Source of the DNA: Tubiluchus corallicola
Taxonomy: Eukaryota; Animalia; Priapulida
Reading direction: 5' to 3'
Assembly (NCBI GenBank): GCA_030141605.1
Contig: JAQGDQ010000017.1
Span: 1,295,188-1,359,187, forward strand
DNA length: 64,000 bases
Within the stretch, counting starts at the first letter, position 1, and each line of letters begins with the position of its first letter. A program made the translations under genes and the position numbers. This document shows positions 25,901 through 36,100 of the stretch, one piece after another. Below the pieces are notes generated by a model. That model was not told where the DNA came from and searched no databases. It worked only from the letters and a program-made list of their open reading frames with translations.

Positions 25901-26544
25901 TATAGTGATCTTTCACCAATTTAATCACTCGAGGAAAGTTAGTTGGCATGAAGGAAAATGAAGGTTTTGGGCTATCCACATGAACTAAATTAAATATGGA
26001 TCAGCCTTCTTTGGATTACCCAGGTTGATAAAAAGCAAGGATAAGAAAGTAACAGCCATCTAGTCGCAAAATAAGTCAAAAATGGTATAGCAAAATTTAA
26101 TCAAGTTAAACAAGCAATTAATAACAGACATATCATTCCAAAATCTTACATCAAAATAATTTGATTTATTTTGCACTACATGGCAAACTCACATGATTAA
26201 TTGGCATAAAATCAAAACTGAATTAGTGCAAAATCAAAACATATCATTAACAGAAATAAACATCGTCTTAAACATCATCATATTGCTCTCTGGGTGGCCC
26301 CTATAAGCTGTTGTTTCCTTGGTCTCCCTAAAACATACATAATCTAATGTTGATGTTCATGTTTATAACTTGACAAATGCACACATTATTGACAATATCT
26401 ATATTATGTACTATCATCTTCTAAATCGGTTATAAAACTGCAGTTTATTCTAACTCAAATAAATTGAAATACAATACTCACTTCTCCAAGAATTGGTTCT
26501 GGAACAGCAGGCGTGTAGGGTCTTTTTGCTGGAGTAATAACCAT
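13833..26544 (-). CDS. ACTR8: Actin-related protein 8 (INO80 complex subunit), 12 coding exons, ~590 aa
   Basis: Exons in transcript order: 26544-26482, 24487-24314, 22921-22814, 21686-21579, 21412-21239, 20342-20232, 19613-19498, 19041-18888, 17462-17241, 16214-15980, 15178-15018, 13979-13833 (1773 nt, phases consistent). Motifs IVVIHPGSLNLRIGRASD, WPMRRGQLNLH, VVDVGDQKTSVCCVEDG and DPRTTAWKGASVMSLLDTAQELWIRQREW...LLRERAPFTWE* are characteristic of Arp8. Confidence 0.93.
14089..14440 (+). mobile_element. Probable solo LTR in the last ACTR8 intron
   Basis: TGTTA...TAACA ends, TATAAAAG at 14238, AATAAA at 14372, 352 bp; target-site duplication only partial. Confidence 0.6.
15018..15178 (-). 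CDS. ACTR8: ACTR8 exon 11
   Basis: (D)PDIEVKRKMVNTILMVGGGMMFTGAEFWL...VEVITEPR |gtaatg. Confidence 0.92.
15787..15863 (-). mobile_element. tRNA-derived SINE head or tRNA pseudogene
   Basis: Minus strand gcacacggTGGCTGAGTGattatgcc...gtGTTCAAACCtcac: A and B boxes at tRNA spacing, no clean cloverleaf. Confidence 0.5.
15980..16214 (-). CDS. ACTR8: ACTR8 exon 10
   Basis: Acidic insert followed by LPIDQAIFRSIERC |gtgagt (phase 1). Confidence 0.87.
16490..16900 (+). mobile_element. Degenerate LINE fragment related to 1790-2260
   Basis: KCKILDSALTTDEDISRRK...ISLEIKLRIFPALV*TVFLYNSELWT. Confidence 0.65.
17241..17462 (-). CDS. ACTR8: ACTR8 exon 9
   Basis: ANCRLQTQTIHV...GDECMMAPLALFAPELFG...DPEDIFDGDYLNQIK. 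Confidence 0.9.
18888..19041 (-). CDS. ACTR8: ACTR8 exon 8 (GC donor)
   Basis: LHFNYGGSDVSLAFYQLL...KEQFCHMDL |gcaagt. Confidence 0.87.
19498..19613 (-). CDS. ACTR8: ACTR8 exon 7
   Basis: ESVCSVFGAGVSSGCVVDVGDQKTSVCCVEDGLILPNS(R). Confidence 0.93.
20232..20342 (-). CDS. ACTR8: ACTR8 exon 6
   Basis: HYRAVLIIPDSYNKWHVRELTNLLLTRLGFAACFVQQ. Confidence 0.92.
20494..20810. repeat. ~180-bp tandem duplication
   Basis: aaaatatacagccaaac..agttgttttttagcattgataatgg.taaagtaaccgaaatgatta occurs at ~20495 and ~20675. Confidence 0.85.
21239..21412 (-). CDS. ACTR8: ACTR8 exon 5
   Basis: ALLVQPNSGYSIHWPMRRGQLNLH...IPIKDLK |gtaagc. Confidence 0.92.
21579..21686 (-). CDS. ACTR8: ACTR8 exon 4
   Basis: TIAFNLRAQKRVLEELSDVSWTNTSTHHPLLLVGDE. 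Confidence 0.87.
22473..22696. mobile_element. Mariner-like MITE
   Basis: TA|CAGGGTGTTCCAAAAGAAA ... TTTCTTCTGGAACACCCT..TA. Confidence 0.7.
22814..22921 (-). CDS. ACTR8: ACTR8 exon 3
   Basis: DSYLSLHQQGVDTAEDMMW...TLPEQ |gtacgt, 108 nt. Confidence 0.78.
23272..24042. mobile_element. Tc1/mariner (Tigger-like) MITE, uninterrupted relative of 9006-10724
   Basis: TA-flanked TIRs ending GGCACCTACTG|TA; internal homology to the 9-10.7 kb copy. Confidence 0.72.
24314..24487 (-). CDS. ACTR8: ACTR8 exon 2
   Basis: GPIQGTAIVVIHPGSLNLRIGRASDTFPITIPHVIARR...; GT-AG. Confidence 0.92.
26482..26544 (-). CDS. ACTR8: ACTR8 coding exon 1
   Basis: MVITPAKRPYTPAVPEPILGE |gtgagt, with an in-frame stop upstream of the ATG. 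Confidence 0.75.
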
Positions 26545-26645
26545 TGCAGAATTAACAAACTCTGTTGGATCTTCTTGCTTATTCACTTACTCATTTTGTT
26601 ACGGTTCACAAAACATTTGATCTGTCAGCTACCTCATGTCATGGT

Positions 26646-27157
26646 CTGAAAAAGAAACAAAACCGTGAAACAATAATTTCAGCCATTTAAGTTTTAAAAA
26701 TTTGTGCCTGTTTCTAAGAGTGTACTCTGTTAACCTTAATCACAACAGTATAACTATTCAATTCAATTTTATTTGCTCAAATACACTATAGTACATTGGC
26801 AAAACACACTTAACACAATACAGTAAAATAATACATACGTAGAGATGCAGATAATTAAAATAACACATAATTTTAATGCCTAATTTTGTTGAACCGTTAT
26901 AATGCTCACACAGAAAAAGGCATTGAAAAAATAAGTAACGTAAAGTAAGATATGTCAAAAGTATTGTTGAATATATAAAATAAATGTGTTATACTAGGTT
27001 GCCAAAAACTGACCATGTGTACGCTGCCATAATGTGAGAATTCATGAAACCTGCAATTCAATTGGTCTGCTTCAAGGAGTAATAATGCATCGTCGTGTTT
27101 GATTGGACACCTATTTTATTTACCTTTTCAGTGGTCAGGTGGAGCTACAAAACGAAA
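26646..27157. promoter_or_regulatory. Bidirectional promoter region between ACTR8 and GRIPAP1
   Basis: Divergent ATGs at 26544 (-) and 27158 (+); reverse CCAAT boxes (ATTGG) at 27061 and 27102; YY1-like GCCAT motifs. Confidence 0.65.
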
Positions 27158-27199
27158 ATGGCTTCCGCCCTGTCTGATGATGAATTTCAACGAATGCAG
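27158..27199 (+). CDS. GRIPAP1: GRIPAP1 exon 1
   Basis: [14 protein letters not shown] |gtaatt. Confidence 0.92.
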
Positions 27200-30100
27200 G
27201 TAATTTGAATTCACGAGCCGTTATCAACCACAGAAATATTTTCTACAAAACGAAAATGATTTGATTTGATACATCTATACGTATAACTCAGACAGTGTAC
27301 TGTTATACTTAGGGTTACCATATTGTATGAGTTGGAAAAGAGGACACTTGCACACTTGTAATTTACAGTAAGTAGGCCAAAATGACCAGTCTAGGGTCTA
27401 TTAAAACAATGCAAATTATACAAATAGGCCTACATGTATGGTCGACTGCACAGATATGCATAAAAGTCTTTGCATGACAGATGTTTAAAATGATGCTGAA
27501 CAAAGAGAATTCCTTTCACGGATTCAACATGCAACTTGTTTCTTTCCTTTGTCCACTGGCTTTGCATAAGTGAAAACACTCGTTCAGTGTTAGCATTGTG
27601 TGATGGAATCATTTTAAGTCATTAGCGAATACGCCGAGTATCGACAGCGGTGTGAGTCGTGTGACCCATAGTGATATGTGCATCGCTTACTTTCGTTCAG
27701 TAAATATATACACAAAGCTTTTACAAGGGTTGCAGCTTGAGATGTTAGCAACATCTTGTATTGAAAATTAACGAGCTTTTCTTTGTCTCGTACTGTCGTA
27801 TGCCTCTGCAGTTGGCAACGTCCGTACATACGGATTGAGGCAAAACCCGGACAAACTGCTGATTTTTTGAAAACCCGCCCGGACAGAGGCCCAAAAAGAG
27901 GACGTGTCCAGGGAAACCCAGACGTATGGTAACCCTAGTTATACTATACCGCTTCTTGGTCTTTCGGTTGCATCAAAATTTCAGAACTATTAATAAGTAT
28001 TATAGGGCTTACCATAATTAGTACATTGGACATTGCCACAAAAACAAAAAAAATAAAATAATGATTATGTAATTTCATGTTATAATTAGTTATAATGAAA
28101 AATTTATCGTTGTTTTTCCTTGTGCAGATGACAGTTTGAATGCTTAAATGTTGCATAGTATCCAAGTGGCACTGTCTGTGGTCACAGTGTGATGTTTGCG
28201 TAAACTGAAGTCTAGTTGTTTACATTGCATTTCAGAGAATTCAAAAGTAATACTCGAAAAACTGACAGTAGAAGTACTAAAATTTCTTTTCCTAATATGT
28301 TCAATGTGCATACATGTACAATTGTACATATGCATGCCTACATTATATTGCCTATTTTTAGGCTCAGTTACTGGAGCTACGAACTTCTAATTACGATCTT
28401 GACAATAAATGCAGAAAATATTACCATGGTGAGTATGATTTCACAACAATTTAAGTAATCGTAGCTGATCCTTGTGTATTGTATTTAGACTACTTTTACT
28501 GCAGTTCTTCAATTGCAAGCTGTCTGACCAGTATATTTTAATTAAGAAGTTGTTTTGGTGTTTAATTAATGCAACAATTAATTATTAAGCTCCATTAGAA
28601 TAGAACTGTCCATTTGGCTTGAAAGGCAAGTGCATGAAGGAGTCTTTAAGAAAACTGCTGGAAGTTGGTGAAGTTTCTTTTTTATAGGAGTGTACTAGCA
28701 ATGATAGGCAGTGATTTTATGTAGTAGGCTTAGGCCTTCAGTGTCTTTAATGGAAAACCGAACAATTGTGTAAACATTGGTTTAGAATAAAGAATGCTCT
28801 AAAATATTGAAAACTACAATAGTTTTTTTTAAATCAGAGTAAATAATAATTACCTCAGATACTCAAATTTTCTTAAACTTTCAAAGCTACGCGCAGCTCT
28901 GTGAATCTACTAGGATTGCCAACGGCGCGCCTTTTTGGCACATTTGCCTGGCTAAGAAATAGAAGGCAGTACCGTGATAACCATGATCATGAACTGCAGT
29001 GTTAGTTTCTGGCATCATATGACCCCATTTTCATTACATCACGCGTTTAAGCAGTAACACTTATGCAAACATACTTGACGTGCAAGGGAAGATGCCTGAG
29101 CTTAGTTTCTGACGTAAACAATTGCTGTGTTCGGTTGCCGTTAATTAACTTTCTAAACTAATTATTCAAATATAAGAAACGATTTCCAACTTTTACACGC
29201 AAGAAAATGTATATTTTGGGCAGTAAATTAAAATGAGACTTAGTCTAAACAATCGTCCGGTTTTCCTTTAAGAGAACTGCTCGAAGTTTGTATAAAGCTT
29301 TTTTGATGTAGGAGAGTACTAGCAATGATTCAGTAGCACCTGCTTAATCAAAATGAGGATAAAAACTCAGGCAGTGATTTTATGTGGTAGGCTTAGGCCT
29401 ACAGCAAGGGCCGGCTCTAGGTAGCTCGATGTCCTAAGCAAAAGTATTTTTAGTGCCTGCTCCTGCACATTTAACCCCTTCCCCCACGTTCCCCACCAAA
29501 TTTCCAATATTGAATTTTTCTTGTATAATATTATAATAAAGTGTAATGTGTAATAGTACCTGTGCATTAGGATTATACAAGTATTATAATGTGCTAATTA
29601 AGTGTAGTTAATCACCCATCTACAGCTTGTGTTGATTGAATATGAAATTTGATTTATGACCTCATTGAACTCTAGATGACACGCCTACCTTTCCTTGTCT
29701 GTATTTTGTCCTGTAGACTTTGATTCTTATAGGTTTATCTGCCAGTTAGGTAAATGCTATTGAATTTTATAACGGAAAGGTCATTATATAAACACTTATG
29801 TAGAAATTGCGGACAAAAGCAGTGTAACGTATCAGTAATGTCTGCTTGAAGTGACGCAATATTTTTTATAAAGGAAAGTACAGTGTTTTGCTAGGGGAAA
29901 ACTCTTGCTGGCCATCACAGCGAATCATACATTTCAACAAGAAAATAAGTCAGTTTGTTCGTTTAATTTAATTAGTGTTGTGCAGGAAATAGTGTAGTTA
30001 AGGAAATACACATACACTATGCTATTACTTATACTAAATCTAACAATTAAAGAATTTCTTCCAAAATTTGACACCCCAAAATTTGGCACCCTATGTAGCC

Positions 30101-33100
30101 GCCTAGTTGCAGAGCCAGCCCTGCGTACAACTTCTTTAAGAGATTTGCTAGAAGTTACTAGTATTGTCTAAGTTTCTTTATTGGTTGTATTCCAGCATTT
30201 GACGACATGCTTTTCAATGTTTTGCCTGAGATGTTACACTTTCATAATTCCAGCAATATATACATATGCTTTGTGTTATGTGTTGCTACAAATGAACCTG
30301 TTTTTGCCTATACATACTTATATGTGCAGAATTTCTGGAAGTTAAGATAGTTGTGATAACTGACAAACGTCACATAGCTTTGCACACACATTATATACCT
30401 CCTCAGACTTTATTCATCACATTGCAGTCTTGCATGCCTGCAGTAATTTGCTGTAATACCTTCGGACATGAGCCCCTATAAATTAACAATATTAACTGTT
30501 AATCTATAAGGGGTACATTTATACAGTAGACTAGAATTACCACTTTGCCATTTATTTTTGTGAATCAAAAACTATTTATTGGAGTTTTTATTGTATTCGC
30601 TTGTTTATTTCCCTGTTTATTACTTTCAGATCTAGTTACACTGCAAGAAAAGTCGTCAGCATTGGAAAGGGAATTACAAAAGGCTAATAGGACCATTTCA
30701 AAAAGCAAAAAGACAAAGGTATTACGCCTGTAGGATAGCGAAACCTGTTTGTTAAAATATGTTTTGAAGCTGTTTAACTGCAAGTGATAATTCAGTTACG
30801 TTGTATAAAGTATTATTTGTGGTGATTATAAAGTACTTTTAGATTTTCAGTCATATTCTTGAACCATATCACCATTGCATAATTTTAATTAATGGTCACA
30901 CGTAAAAATATTATAAGCGTATATGCTTATTGTTTACATGCTAAATATTTTATATGCTAAATGTTTTAAATATAAAGATATTTAATAGTGAGTGGCAAAT
31001 GTACTGATTATTTAAAGAGTAAGCTTACTTAATGTTCACTGTATTGACAATTTACTTTTTTGTAAATAAATATTACCTATAATTTATGTGTGATTCTTCG
31101 TACATCTTCAAAACACTTTTTCGTTATAGCCTAGCTTATGACGTAATGTTGCATGTTGAGATTATGCTCTAATAATAGAACAGCATTGAGCAATTTAATA
31201 TTTATAACGAATAAATATAAATGGATTGTCTCATTCATCATTAATTACATTAGAGTAATTGCCAGTTTTGCTCGCTTTCTAAATTGGCAACTTTTTGTAT
31301 TGAGTAACAGCATGATCAGTAAAAGGTTGACCTAAGTAATTACTTTCACTGCTGTTTTGCAGGAGTTTGACGCACTCATTTCGGAAAATGAATCACTCTC
31401 ACACAAGCTTCAAAGTCAAGAGGATGACTTTAGATTGCAGAATGATACTCTTTTGCAAGAGCTGTCTAGGGTGTGTACATATCTGCATTATAAAAAAGAT
31501 AAAGTAACATAAGCAATAATTTATTGCAGGAGCTATCTATGGTTTGTCTACATTGTAAAATAATAAAACTTCAACACGTTTGATATTCGAAAGTCTTCCT
31601 TTGTAAATTACCTGAACGTATGTTGCCTTAATTACAATATTTTTATTTATTTCTATTACATTTCACATTTTATTATCATTTCAAAAGACTGTCTTTACAA
31701 ACATTATATGCATTTGCAAATGCTAACAGCAGTGGCTTGTGTCAGGATAATGTAAGAAACCAAATTGCCAAAAAACTGCAATAAAAGCAAAGCTGCCATA
31801 TTACAAATGTGCACGTAGATGTGTGTTTCTTATCTTTTATACATAAAATGATGAGGGTTATCATTTAAATACTAGAGTTTAAAAGTTCAAAGTTTAGCTG
31901 ATCTTATTTTTCCCTTAAGAACTAGGGTGGATAAACTTGCTGCAAATGTTGATTCACAATGGAATTTGACTAATAGCGTCTATGATTAGTGATTGCCGGG
32001 AATCCCTGGTTTTCCTCGGTGCATTGTAGCTGTTTCTCACGTTCTCTAGTTTTAGTGAAAAGCTTACCATACTCTTAAATTGTATTACAGTACCAGCACT
32101 GACATTTGACAGCTCCTCACAGATCAGCAATTGATTTTATTTTCAAAGTGAAACTTTGTTTAAATTTAGTTTGTTTGCCAAAAATTGCTTTTATAGTTGA
32201 CGATAATCACCTCAGTTGGAATCTGTCTTAGATTGGTTTTATCCTTTTTCGTATTTTGAAGATGTGATTACGATCAACTTCCTGTTCTTTGGTTTGTTGA
32301 AGTCAACAGTCTCACTGCCCTTTTAATGGAGAAGTCATCTCATCTAACTGTTAGAAGTAGTCTCATAGCACTGTACCAAAGATTCTGGATTGATGCCTTT
32401 ACCGTGCTACTGTTTAAGAACAAGATGCGTTATCTGCACTTTCTTTAATGCAGGTGCATGTAGTTATGTATGTTAACAGTTTCTCATGATCATCTACAGT
32501 CAAATCGCAATACGGAAACATGGTACAAACTAACAAAAAATTTTTTACGTGGAAAAGTGCCACAAATCATAATATTCATGCTGTGTGCAATTTGTGCAGT
32601 GCGATGATAGTTAGGTGTAAGTAAACTAAATATATTGACGACCAATTCAAGAAACAGTCACGTAATTTGACAGAAATATTTTCAAGCAACAAATGAAATT
32701 CCATCGTATTGAATCGAAAATTATCGGTCATAATCAAAATACAATCGAAAATCGAACATTAAAAAAAGTTTGAAATCATTTGCTCTCCGTCTATGCTGAA
32801 ATTGTAAATAAACCTTGGCATCCACACATGCATTCGTTTGTGACTTATTCTAAATAACTGTAAATTCCAGGATTTTACTGAGGATTGCTACAACAGACAT
32901 GCAGAACTTTCCATTTAGCTGGGTATTAACAGGCTTGTAGTATCACATTTTATTTCTTTGCTTCCTTGTGGATACTTCTCTATGAAAAACTTTTGAATTT
33001 ACAGTTAGTGGATCAGAATGAAGTATTGGAGAAGCAGCTGGCAAACGTCGGAAGTGGAGGTGACTCAGCGGCTCAGCACAATGAGGAGAACGCACAACTG

Positions 33101-36100
33101 CAGTCGGAGGTTCGACGAATTCAAGCCGAAAACGAAGCTCTGCGCAAAAACTTTACAGGTTCATTTTATGTCTTTGCTGGTTCAGGTTTTTATACTGTGA
33201 ATATAAAAATATGCATTGTGTCCTGGTTTGAGTTTAGACTAAATTAATTGTCAGTTGTTCTCACCAATTTATCACAAATGAATATCTCTTTCCCTAGTTT
33301 AGCATTGCTAGCATAGCTGTTAACAAAAAAAACCTTTAACGGACATCAAGAAAATATAATTTTTGTTAGCTATACTTTCGTTTTCCCTTGTGTTAGCTGC
33401 ACTGAGGTCTTTATTATTAAAATGTATGTGATGAAGCCAGTGAGGGTGGAATTGCAATTAAATTGAAATGTCATTTCTGTTAACTTGTACTTCCTTCTGC
33501 CAATACCTGTGAATTCGCAAACAACTTCGTAAATAGTGTGGTGGCATAACGCATGTGAACTGCAATGACTTTTACCTCTAAGGCCTTTAATGTAAAGTTT
33601 TGAGTCTTAAAAGTCAGATTATCTCTGTCGTGTAATGGTTAGCATAGTTGGCTAGAAACCTGGAGTTCTTGGGTTCCACTTCTAACAGAGGTGTAAAACT
33701 TATCAGACATTCTAATTTAGTATTGCTTTTGCACATTTATCTGATCAGGAGCAAAATGAAAATTGGGTTTACTTGATCGTAAATTACTTGTTTCATTCAT
33801 TTTAAGCAGAAAATGTGAAGAATGTGCATTTTTTTTACAGAAGCAGAAGAAAAACTGAAGAGTAGTATTTGTGACTTACAGGAAAAAGTTAGGTAAGTAG
33901 CCAGTTTCATATACTCTTCTGTTCTTCATTTTTACATTAAATGATGATAATAAACATCAGCAAAATCAGAATTTTCTCTCAGATTAATTAGTGGCCCTGA
34001 AAAAACTCTTCTGGAGTGGAAAAAAAGCTAATTTTTGTGCAGTTCAGCTCACTGAGAGAAACCAGAGTCTATCACTTATTGACAATGTCTACTTAATGTA
34101 GGTGATTGGGGCAGGACAGGAATCTAGTTCGATGTCAATAATATTTTTGATGTTGAATGATGGCCAGTTTTTCACAGCCAAAGTTATTGGAGTAAATTTC
34201 TGTAAAATTTGATTTTTATTTGATGACAGAGTTCTCAGTGAGATTAACTGTAAGCTGGAGTCAAAATGCTCTCAGCTACAAAGCGAGAGCGGGGAGGATG
34301 ACAACTTGGCGAAAGAGACTTCCGCTGAAGAACTTGAGGCCAGCGAGAACACAGGTGAATAATCATCTTATTCATTTGTTGCTGTTGCTTGATTTAGTTA
34401 GGGAATCTAAAGCTGTCTTTGATGGTGTTTCATGTGCATGTAACAATATTCAACTAACATTCATGGCTTACAAGCTTTGTTGGTTTATGTGGATATAACA
34501 ATATTCAACTAACATTCATGGCTTACAAGCTTTGTTGTTTCATGTGCATGTAACAATATTCAACTAACCTTCATGGCTTACAAGATTTGTTGGTTTATGT
34601 GGATGTAACAATATTCAACTAACATTCATGGCTTACAAGCTTTGTTGTTTCATGTGCATGTAACAATATTCAACTAACATTTATGGCTTACAAGCTTTGT
34701 TGTTTCATGTGGATGTAACAATATTCAACTAACATTTATGGCTTACAAGCTTTGTTGTTTCATGTGAATGTAACAATATTCAACTAACATTCATGGCTTA
34801 CAAGCTTTGTTGTTTCACGTGGATGTAACAATATTCAACTAACATTTACGGCTTACAAGCTTTGTTGTTTTATGTGCATGTAACAATATTCAACTAACAT
34901 TCATGGCTTACAAGCTTTGTTGTTTCATGTGCATGTAACAATATTCAACTAACAATGCTTACAAGCTTTGTTGGTTTATGTGGATGTAACAATATTCAAC
35001 TAACATTCATGGCTTACAAGCTTTGTTGTTTCATGTGCATGTAACAATATTCAACTAACATTTATGGCTTACAAGCTTTGTTGTTTCATGTGGATGTAAC
35101 AATATTCAACTAACATTTATGGCTTACAAGCTTTGTTGTTTCATGTGAATGTAACAATATTCAACTAACATTCATGGCTTACAAGCTTTGTTGTTTCACG
35201 TGGATGTAACAATATTCAACTAACATTTACGGCTTACAAGCTTTGTTGTTTTATGTGCATGTAACAATATTCAACTAACATTCATGGCTTACAAGCTTTG
35301 TTGTTTCATGTGCATGTAACAATATTCAACTAACAATGCTTACAAGCTTTGTTGTGTCATGTGGATGTAACAATATTCAACTAACCTTCATAGCTTATAA
35401 GCTTTGTTGTTTCATGTGCATGTAACAATATTCAACTAACATTCATGGCTTACAAGCTTTGTTGTTTCATGTGCATGTAATAGTATTCAACTAACATTTA
35501 CGGCTTACAAGCTTTGTTGGTTTATGTGGATGTAACAATATTCAACTAACATTCATGGCTTACAAGCTTTGTTGTTTCATGTGCATGTAACAATATTCAA
35601 CTAACATGGCTTACAAGCTTTGTTGTTTCATGTGAATGTAACAATATTCAACTAACATTTATGGCTTACAAGCTTTGGTGTTTCATGTGCATGTAACAAT
35701 ATTCAACTAACCTTCATGGCTTACAAGCTTAGTTGTTTCATGTGGATGTAACAATATTCAACTAACATTCATGGCTTACAAGCTTTGTTGTTTCATGTGC
35801 ATGTAACAATATTCAACTAACATTTATGGCTTACAAGCTTTGTTGTTTCATGTGCATGTAACAATATTCAGCTAGCATTCATGGCTTACAAACTTTGTTG
35901 TTTCATGTGGATGTAACAATATTCAACTAACATTCATGGCTTACAAGCTTTGTTGTTTCATGTGGATGTAACAATATTCAACTAACATTTATGGCTTACA
36001 AACTTTGTTGTTTCATGTGAATGTAACAATATTCAACTAATGTTCGTGGCTTACAAGCTTGACTATACTATCTTCTAAAAACTGAGACAAACTAGCTGCT

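Noticed and set aside
33626-33690. tRNA-like sequence
   Set aside because: Has an A-box-like start but a degenerate B box and no cloverleaf; at most a decayed SINE head.
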